Below are positions 54,878 through 64,000 of a stretch of 64,000 nucleotides of DNA, piece after piece. The position numbers were made by a program, and so were the translations under genes. Origin of the DNA: the human T2T-CHM13v2.0 reference genome, Homo sapiens; NCBI RefSeq assembly GCF_009914755.1, contig NC_060939.1; one strand, written 5' to 3'. Within the stretch, counting starts at the first letter, position 1, and every line of letters starts with the position of its first letter. Under the pieces are notes generated by a model. That model was not told where the DNA came from. It searched no databases and worked only from the letters and a program-made list of their open reading frames with translations.

Positions 54878-56289
54878 CTGGAAGGAAAAAGAGGGTTCGG
54901 GGTTAAAACTTTCTGCTGCGTGTAACAATTCACACATCCGCACACAGCTAAGTGCAGGTGACACGGAGGTCAGGGGAGGGAAGAGAAGCTGAACTCCTCT
55001 CTGCCCTGCAGATCGTGGCTCCATCAGAGCCTTGCCAGGGAAGCCTTCCCCACTCCCCTGAGACTGAGTCCCCGGGGAGATGCCCTGGGCGCATCCCCAA
55101 TTCTCTTTTGCAGCTCTGCACTGCTATTAAATAATTAACCCTGCAGTAAGCCGTCTGCCTTCTGGCCTGTGGGACTACGCTCTGTGAGGGCGAGGGTCAC
55201 CTGGGTCTCATTCACCACCCATCTCGCGCTTGCCACACTCATTTGCTCAAAGGAGGGATAAGTGGAATTTGCACTGAGTCTTGTAAGATGGATCTGAGCT
55301 GACAGGCAGGGGCCATGAGCAATACTTCATTTGCTGAGCCCGACAGGAATGGGGAGATTGATAGGGAAGGAGGGCGTCAGGCAGCCACCAACTTCCCAGT
55401 GGAGATGAGCAGCCAAGCGTTCTGTGTGAACACCCCCGCCTCCACGGTGAGGCTGTCAGCAACTCTGGAGAAACACCAGGGTTGTAAAAAAAACAAAAAT
55501 GCCACGTCATGAAGCCTTTCCCTCTGACAGACAGGGAAAGGAGCAAGGGCAGGGACAGGCACTGCCTCTGTAGCCATCACCAAGTGGAGACCCCAAGAGG
55601 TTGGTGAATGTGCCCAAGCTCCCCTAGCAGAAGGTGGCACAAAGGGAACCCCAAAATTTCGTGAGTTCTCCCTCAACTATAAAGCAAATGAGGATGAGAA
55701 GCCTTTGGGATGGGAGGCCTGGGAAGAGGGAAGATGACGGAGTAGTCCTAGGGGTTGATAGTGGTCAGAAATCACCATGTGGCTGTTACCACCGAGCTGG
55801 GGAGCAGGGAGGGAAGTGCAACTGGCAAGGGCACCTGCCAGCAAACCTCTGTGCCCAGAGACTAATATCAGGACCAATGCCCCTCTATGATATTGGTGAG
55901 GTTTACTCCTTTCTAAGAGTCCAAACTTTACCTTCACCCACCCACCAATTTCCGAGCAGCTGCCCTGGGTCAGCCCTGGTGCTGCAGGCCAGGAGTGGCA
56001 GAATGAATGAGATACAATCCCTGCCCTCCAGGAGCTCATGGTCCAGCTATGATGGAGCTGGAAGAAAAGGACAGGCCATCCCAGGTCCCAGTCCCCATGC
56101 AACACAGGAGGTCATATGGAGACCCAGAGGGACATCTGTTCAGAAGAGAAGAGCATCAGAAGGCAAGTGGAATGAGGCTTCCCTTCTCTTCTCCACTTTC
56201 CCAGAGGCCAAGCGTGGCTCAGGGGCAAGGGCCACTTGGAGGGAACGGGGCTGGGCAGTATTCGGTGGGAATAGTGCGGCAACCAGCCT

Positions 56290-56850
56290 CAGAACTTAAT
56301 TTCCTTTCCTAAGCCGGGTTCTGGGCAGCCCTACCCGGCCAAGTTTCTGCCCGAAGCAAATTAAAATGGCAGAGTTATCAAGCCTTGAAGAAAAAATGGA
56401 GGTTATAATGGAACTGCAGCTCAACCTTCCCCACAGCCGTGCAGGAGCGGTGGCGATGCGCGCACAGCCACAATTCAATTAGCTGCTGCAATCGCCGGCA
56501 GAAAAATCACCGTCATTTCATTTCATTTCCTCTGACGGTGGTGGCCACCCTGTGCTAAGCAGAAATGCTTCCAGCCCCTCGCACTGGCTGCCCCTTGCAG
56601 GCGGGCGGGCAGGGGAGGGGGCGTGCGGCTGCTCGTGTTTCTCCTCGCGACCCGGTGCTCGGCTCGGGAGAACAGCGAGCTCTTTCTTCTCATGCAGTCA
56701 GGCTGAAAACCCTCGCCGCTACCGGAGAGTCATGTCAGGCATTTAGCGGCATCGATCCAGCCCGCCTCTGGCTGGCAGGCGGCCAAAAAACTAAGTATTT
56801 TTTATTGCTTCGGCTAGGCAAAGAAATATGAATGAAGCTACCACTAATTG
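56290..56850. promoter_or_regulatory. Intronic CpG-rich, repeat-free element (candidate enhancer) in TLE3 intron 8
   Basis: High CpG density; AAAATGG (YY1-like) x2, TAAT cores, GGAAATGAAA. Confidence 0.55.
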
Positions 56851-58681
56851 GACTCCAGACTAACCCCTCTGGGACAGCTTCCAGCCCGTCCCCCCATCCC
56901 CCCTCCCACTCTGACACAGCCCTGTCCTTCCTGCCGTAGGCCTCATCTGTTGACAACCTGGTTTCCAAAGCCTGATTATTTCAGTCTACACCGCCGCTGA
57001 CACCGTCACCACGCCACATGCCATGCGCACAGCCTCGGCCCTGCCCACTGCTGCCTCTGCCCAGCATCTTGATTCATTCCCACTGGAGTTTCCTGAGGCC
57101 CATGTGTGCCATGCATGGACCTCAGCGAGCATGGTAAACAGCCCAGCTCTTGGGGGTTCCCAGGGGGGGTCTTTTAGCAGAAAACTTTCACAGATGGGGC
57201 ACAAAGCCAGAAGCCAATAGGGATGAGGATGAGGTAAAGACTCATGCTCTTTAGAGAGTGCTGGGCTTCCCACTCCCCCTCCAATTCCACTGAAGTGGGT
57301 CCCTGCTAGCCAGGTAATCTGGATCCTCAGTCAGGTTATAAAGGGTCTTCCGAAACAAAGCTGAGAGGTTGGTCAAGCAGGAATTATTCCCATGGTATGG
57401 ATAAGGAAACTGAGGCTCAGAGAGGCCAAGAGAACTACACAGGGCCTCATAAAGCTGGGACCAGACCTCAGCCTTAAAATGTCCAATCCAGGCCTCCGCC
57501 TATCTAGGCAAACTGCCTCTCCGAAAAAATGCCACTGTTAGAGGATCAGTACCGAGGCAGTGAACATGGATTTTCAGCTTCAATGACTCCTCTCTTAGGT
57601 ACCTAGCCATTCCTCAGCCCAAATGTGGTCCTGGATTTCTGAGCATGTAGGTGGGTCAAGAGGCCACGGACGCCAGCCTCACTGCTAATGGGAGGTTTAA
57701 AAAGTCAGCCTGGGTAGGGGGAGGGCCAGGAAGGGAAGGAGGGCTGGATTGGAGAGAGCTTCGCAAGGAAGCTGCTGTCTAGATGGTTAGTTAACTGCCT
57801 GACCTTCCAAGTCCTACTTAACACGAGGTAATAACCAAAGCCATCCTAACAGATTAGATGGCCCCAGATACAAGGACAGCGATGAGGAATAAAATAGCTT
57901 TGCTAATCGCTGGAGGATTTTTTTTATCCAGACTCCACTGCGCTTATTCAGAAGGCTTATTCACTTGAAACAGAACCTCGGAGCCTCAGTGTGATCAGAA
58001 AGATTTACAACAAATCTCAGAGCTGGCAGACACGCAGGCGGCCTGGCCTTAATGCTCGCCTGCTAGCACTTTCTTAAATCGAGTGAAAGCCCAGAGCAGG
58101 GAGAAACTGCAGGCGTTTGAAGGGAATGAGGAGGATGCAAGATCATACAGGAGGCATCCTAGCAGGGGGGTGGTAAAAACCTTGGCCCTGAACATGGGAC
58201 ACCTGGGTCCTTAGCCCTGGGTTTAGCCCAGAGACTCCACAAAGCCCCTCGCAATGGAAGATCCAGGGCTGGTCAGCTGACCTCTCAGAGTATCACCTCT
58301 CATATGAAACGGAGTTAGAGCTCATTTAGCCCAAGCTCTTCATTTGACAAATGGCAGACCTAAAGCCTGGAGAGAGGAAGGGCTTCCACAACTGAAGGTC
58401 ACTCTCAACAGGTGACGACAGCAGCTCCCATTTTATGACAGTAGCTACCCCTCACCCTGCCACTGGCTCTGGACTAAGACATCAGCACTGAAGCTCCCAG
58501 CTCAGCAAGAGTAAACAAACAACAAAATCCCTAGTTACAACCCACAGAGCAGAAGCGGGAACCCAGAAGCCAGCTTTGGATACCGACTGACTGGTCTCAG
58601 GCCCGCGATTCTGGGAGCCCCGAGTCCCACCTCCTCCCAGCACCCAAACACCCCTCCGGGTTCCAGAGTGCCAACACTTAC

Positions 58682-58698
58682 CGCACTGGATTCTCTCT
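58682..58698 (-). CDS. TLE3: TLE3 17-nt microexon (exon 8), (E)RESSA
   Basis: ccccaaag|AGAGAGAATCCAGTGCG|gtaagt; supplies ERESSA and restores the frame between the flanking exons. Confidence 0.93.
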
Positions 58699-59123
58699 CT
58701 TTGGGGAAAGAAGGCCAGGACAGGAGGAAGGTCAGGCACCCCAAAACAAAAAGACAAAAAAGAAAGGAAAAAGGTCAGTCTAAGTCCAGCTGGCTTTTGT
58801 GATTTGCTAGTGCACTGGTTTTAAAATGAGCAGAAGGCCTGGATTGCTGTCTCCGTGGATCAGCCAAGGCAGGGCCATTAGGTGGCGTTTCTCGGTTTGG
58901 AAATTTGCCACCCAAATTCCAATGCTGCCCCCACCCCTCTAGTCCCCAGGGTGGGCAAGGGAGGCCCAGTCCCCAGGGTGGGGAGGGTAGGCCTTTGACC
59001 CAGTTCTCCCTGTCATGCCAGAGGGCACCAAGTTTACTCTTTAGCAGGCTAGGGGTCTTAAGATCACAAGCTTGAGAAGGATCATGCCATATAAAATACC
59101 AGTAGGACCTGGGAGTTAAGAAC

Positions 59124-59129
59124 TTTATT
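59124..59129 (-). terminator. Candidate intronic poly(A) signal in TLE3 intron 7
   Basis: U19 (59133-59151), then AATAAA, then a downstream U/GU-rich GGTATTTTATATGG. Confidence 0.4.
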
Positions 59130-60241
59130 GTTAAAAAAAAAAAAAAAAAAAGGAATTTAACAGTGGTTTAATTTTGTTTTTGAAATTAACACCATTCTGT
59201 GATTCTTTGTCAGGATGCCCCTAAAAGCTGAAGCCTCTGAAACTGTGCCCAGCTAAGCACTAGCTCCCCAGTTCTCCTGTCTGCTATGGAGAGGCCCCTC
59301 TTCCTCTGCCAAAAGGACCATCCTACTGTAAGACAAAAAAATGTAGCCTCCAGTTCCCTGGACCGGCTACCACCCTGTGGCCTGGGCCAAGGCAGGATGG
59401 TGACATTCCAGGTCCCTAGTGCTCAGAAGGTGTTGGCTACGTGCCCCAGTAAATACCGTATCTAAGGGCAGAGTGCATTTGGCACCAATTTTTGAAAAGG
59501 GCCTCCCAGGGAGCCAGGCTTTTCTCTTTTCTGATCCAATGAACCACTCCTGAGGCCAAGCTCGGTGCAGCTTCATGGGTCCTCATGGTAGGGGCTGCAG
59601 AGAGGGTCAGAGAACAAGTTCTGACTCCAAGTCTATGTGATCTCTTGCTGGGGTGTGCACTACCCCCACTTACAGGCAGCCAGCTAACAAACCTTTACCT
59701 GAGCACTGACTGTGCACTTTTCCCAGGTTTCTGCATTGGTGAGACATAGATGTAAGGAAAACACCCAAGAACTTGGCACCTGTCCTAGGGAACTAATGAT
59801 CGTGGTGAGCACAAGACATTTTCCAGGGGTAGGATGTAAGACGACAGTAACAAGGACTCAGCTTTGGCATCCCAACTCTTAAACTCTTACAGGAACTTGA
59901 AAAAGCCCCTAGTCTGACCAGGAAGGCATCCTGAAGGGTTGGACTGGGGCTGGCCCCTGAAGGACAGGCAAGGGTGTTGTAGGAAGATGGGAGCGAGCTC
60001 CAGATGAACAGACAGGGTCTTCAGGACAGAGAATACCAGGTCCACACCAAGGAGTAGGAAAAGGTGCATGGGATGCGGATGGCACTGGCTTCCCTGCACC
60101 AGGTATCAACAGATGACTCCAAATCCTTGGTAACTCCTGGTCTTAGGACGACAGCACTTGCTGGGTCCACTCACTGTGAGGCCTATGAGCGCCCATGCCC
60201 ACCCCTGCCCCGCCCCACCCTCTGCCCCAGCCCAGCCGCAC

Positions 60242-60446
60242 CTCTGTGATCGAGTTCATGGTGGTTCTTCTCATCCTTCACCGTCAGATGGGCCTGGCTG
60301 CCCAGGGCGCCCAGTGCCAGCAGCCCGGAGCTGCTCCCTGTCACTGGGGGGATTCCTGGAGGCTGGAGACCTGACGGGTGGGGTGGCAACTGGACCGGGG
60401 GGCCGTGTGTGGCATGGGAGAGGTGCTGCGCCTGGAGCTGCTGCTG
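60242..60446 (-). CDS. TLE3: TLE3 coding exon (canonical exon 7, 205 bp), GP domain [11 protein letters not shown]...NHHELDHR
   Basis: Translation matches TLE3; acceptor ttgcag|CAG, donor AGAG|gtgcgg; ends in phase 1. Upstream exons lie beyond the window. Confidence 0.97.
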
Positions 60447-61059
60447 CTGCAATGAAGTCGGTGGTGAGTACAGCTGAGTTGGGGAGGGCAGGGGAGGCGT
60501 GGCCACCTCAGGAGGGAGGGAGGGAGTGGCTCTTCCCATTCCTCTTGCTCCTTCACTGGGTGGGTGGCAGGGGGAAGCACCCCCAAAACCTTTGCCCCCA
60601 GCTCAGTTCACATGAATGTCTCGCTGAAGGAAGTCTGTTAATAGACTGTAATGTAAAGATTTATGTCTTCAAGCACCCCCCAACTCCCTGCACCCCCGTT
60701 TCACAAATAATTTCTCAATGTTTGTTTCCAAGCCTGAGATAAATAATGCATGCATTTAAAAAACCGCAGAGTCATGGGGTTCCCTCTGAGTAGAGAGGGA
60801 TCCATTTTTAAGCTCACAGTCCTGGCAGTGTTTGCTCATGCATACATGCCTTCAGCATTAGCTGCCAGCATCTTCCACCCTGAGGCTGGACCCTGGGGAA
60901 GGCTCCTTATTTCTTAGGAACTCCAAGCCTGCCTTACAGAGCAGGGGCAGGGCAGGTCATCACAGCAAAGGCCCCAGAGCCAGATGAGCTGGGGGCCAGT
61001 GGAATGAGAGCTAACGTCACCGGACATCAGTGGTGGAAAACGGGGTAACTGGAAGAGTG

Positions 61060-61255
61060 GAGGCTTTGGAACTAGACAGAACAGGATTGAAATCCCAGCT
61101 CTGGCACTTCCTAGCTGTGTGGCCTGGGGCAGGTTACTTCAAGTCCTGGAGCCTCAAATTTCCTTATCTGTAAAGGGGGAAAGCAGCAGACCCCAGAGGA
61201 TTATTGTAAGATAATGTTTGCAGCAGCTCATGGCGCACAGCTACTAAGCCTCATG
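61060..61255 (+). mobile_element. MIR SINE
   Basis: ttgaaatcccagctctggcacttcctagctgtgtggcctggggcaggttactt. Confidence 0.8.
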
Positions 61256-62309
61256 GCAGTAGCTAACATTTACAAAGAGTTTAAAATGGATTGCTGAACC
61301 CTTCTAAAAACTTGCCATGCAGCAAGTCAGTATTATCAACAACAATGCAATTCTCCCTGTCTCCTCCCCAGTCAAGGACTCCGCTGCCCTGGCTCCAGAG
61401 GCCCAACTTCCCCACTCAACACTAGCCTCAGGGGCTTGGGCTTCTCTTTCCTCTCCCTTCGCCCCACCCAACTTCTTCTCCACTACTGAAAGAGAAGTTA
61501 GGTATGCTGGTATCCACCTATGCACACATCTTTCTTCTCAACTAGTGCAAGAGAAGAAAACTAACATTTACTGAATGCCTGAATGAATGCCTGGGCACCT
61601 TCCAACCACCTGGCAAGGGAGGGGTTGTGGCCATTTAATAGATGCTTAGGGGGCTGGAGTAGGTAGCTAGTAATTGGCCAAATCCCACCACTAGTAAATC
61701 TGTCAACCACCACCCCTCATCCAAAGAATGCTCATTCCTAAGAAGATCCCCAAAGCAAGAGGGGTTGGTGGAAAGTGCCATAGAGAATAGATCTGAGAAG
61801 CTTCCAGATCTCACACCTTACTAAGGGAGCTCGCCTGTCAATATGAGATGGTTTTCTGGCAACCGCGAACAGATAACAGAACACAGTGAAGGCCCATGGC
61901 TCTGGCAGGAGGAGGCAGTAAGCATTTCAGGTTATGGATAAAGGGCCCTACTCTCCCCCAGCTAAGCTGCAAACTGCCCACCTGGCCTCATCCCAAAGTT
62001 AACGGCAGCCACAGAAGCCATGGCACTCCTGGCCCCAGAGGGCTCCCTTTGTCAGTTCTGGGTGAAAGGCTGGCACTGCGGCCGTTGTTCAAAGCTGTCA
62101 GAGCACTTCTGTGACGTCTGTTGCTAGGCAGTTCATGGGCACTGTCCCAGGGTGGTCTGACCCCACATCTGCACTGAGACACTATGGCAGACACAAAGCT
62201 ATGGGGGCCCCTGGAGCCAGCATCACAGAGTCCAATGCGGAGATCCAACCCCTCCCAGCTAAGAAACTCCAGCTCCTCTAGGATGGGCGCTTACTCTGAG
62301 CTCCTCCAC

Positions 62310-62720
62310 TTTTTCTTTTTTAAGAAAATGTAATTTTTAATATCTTATTACAAAACTAATACATGCCCATTTTAAGAAAATACTAAAAATAAGTAGACAT
62401 TAAAAAGTTTTTAAAATTACCCTTCAATCCTACCCTCGGAAGATTCTACTGTTAAATCTGCCTAGGTTTTTCTTTATGAAAATCTACACATTTCAAATGT
62501 ATTTATACAGAAATGGACTCCTGTGAACCATACTGCTATACAGCTTGATTTTAATTTAGGAATGTTCTGAAGAAATTTTCTTGTCCTTTTTAATGGCTAC
62601 CTAGTATTCCCTGGTGTGGTCGGACAATACAACTTTATCTGGATACCTGGTTTTAAAATGAGTCTCCAGTAGGGCCCCTTTGTTTAGACAAATTGTTGGT
62701 AGGCCCGTTAATTCTGCTGG
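62310..62720 (-). mobile_element. Old L1M 3' end fragment
   Basis: AT-rich, taatacatgcccatt...aaattacccttcaatcctacc. Confidence 0.5.
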
Positions 62721-64000
62721 TGATAACTATTTAGTAAAATCCCAGAAAGCAAGGACTGAAAGCAAGGTATTTAATCCACATTTTATAGTGCAGAGCCAAT
62801 AAGATCCCTTGAGGAAGAGACAAAGAAGAGGAGGGTAAAGAAGGCTTCAAAGAAGTAGCTTTGCTGCCTGCAGACACAGCTAACTCCTTTCATGAACAAG
62901 TCTGTTTCTAGAGAAAATGTGCACTGAACATTTGTACCCAAGGCAAGATGGAGTTGAATAGCTCCACGCACCCTGACTCTTATCTTACCAGGAAAGGTCT
63001 CTTCTCCTACCCAACCTTCTAGGCTCAGCTTTGCCCAGTTCAAAGGCCATATCCTCTGAATGCCCTCCCACTTCAGGTCAGAATGGATTTCTCTGTTCTA
63101 AGAGCTCTAACGGCACAGACAATGGAGCCAGGCAGAATAAGGCAGACTTCCAGCTCTATCCTTTATCAGCTATGAGTCCTTGGACAAGTCAGCCGACCTC
63201 TCTGTGTTGTGCCAGGATCACATGTGTGACTACAGGTAAAAATGGAGCAGGTGCTCAATCTTAGCAAACAGACAGATCCCAGGTGTACACTGTTTCTTTT
63301 GCCTTTGTGCACTGCTTGGCAACCTGTGAGTTCCAGAAACAGAGACTGTGTCTTCTCCATCCTAGCACCTCTAACAGTGCCTGGCATGTTTGCTCAGTAC
63401 ATGTCTTGTGGGTAAATTAGTGAAAATTTTGGAAAAGGTATATGAAGAGGCTGAGAAATGGTGTCCACAGGTGCCAACCGCCTCCCAGCTCCATGCCTTC
63501 CTTCCAAGGCCCAATTAGACGCAGCTAGAACAGTTAGTTGGGACAGGAAGCATCAATGGGGTCATGAGGTGTCCTGCTTGCCCAAAACATGAACCAGTGA
63601 ACCGACGTCAGAAACTTGGAACAAAGGCAGCAGCGGCTGTTTGGCAGACAGTGGCTTTCAAAGCTGTTAAGCTTCCAAGGCTGAGAGGCTGGTTTTCTGC
63701 CTTAGTGTTGTCAGGTAGGAGCGTCCTCTTTGCAAAAGAGAAAAGGAATCTCCCATGCAAAACTGAAGCGTTCCTCATCTCTGAGTGCAAGAGCAACCTG
63801 CTGCAAAGAGCCAGAAACTCCCTCGAGGTCTCCTTGGGGTGGTTTGAAGGCACAGCAAGGACCGGTCCAGCAGACTCTGGGAAGCAGGGACAGGAGAGCC
63901 AACCTCCAAGGCTCCTTCCTCAGTGCAAGAGCAGATGCCAGGGCTTGTCAGACGGAGGGTCCGCTAACAACAATCTTGGGTACAACAGAGAGTGAAACGA

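Noticed and set aside
55634-56299. Longest ORF in the track (221 aa, + strand)
   Set aside because: GTG start, no recognisable domain, antisense within a GC-rich intron; consistent with chance.

Overview
Primate (most likely human, chr15q23) genomic DNA. From ~42,000 to 64,000 lies the 3' two-thirds of TLE3 (Groucho/TLE co-repressor) on the minus strand. I located 14 coding exons (canonical exons 7-20), all with GT-AG boundaries, which join in frame across the GP, CcN, SP and WD40 domains to a TAA stop at 44325. A ~2.3 kb 3' UTR with three poly(A) signals follows. Positions 1 to ~42,000 are gene-free downstream DNA made of old repeats (MIR, L2, L1M, MLT1/MLT2, ERV1 LTRs, MER5/MER46/MER47, Alu/FLAM), a polar minisatellite, microsatellites and several candidate enhancers, including an orphan CpG-rich element. 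The best leads are four. (1) A 224-bp LTR-derived fold-back element has the same LTR end at both termini and a perfect 4-bp TSD. (2) An intronic poly(A) site and a frame-shifting 17-nt microexon could each yield a short AES/TLE5-like Q+GP protein. (3) An E-box/CCAAT/TATA/TCT core promoter points antisense inside TLE3's last intron. (4) A strong-Kozak 101-aa ORF in the 3' UTR ends just before a poly(A) signal. Repeat family names and exon numbers come from memory rather than a search, and the boundaries of old repeats are approximate.
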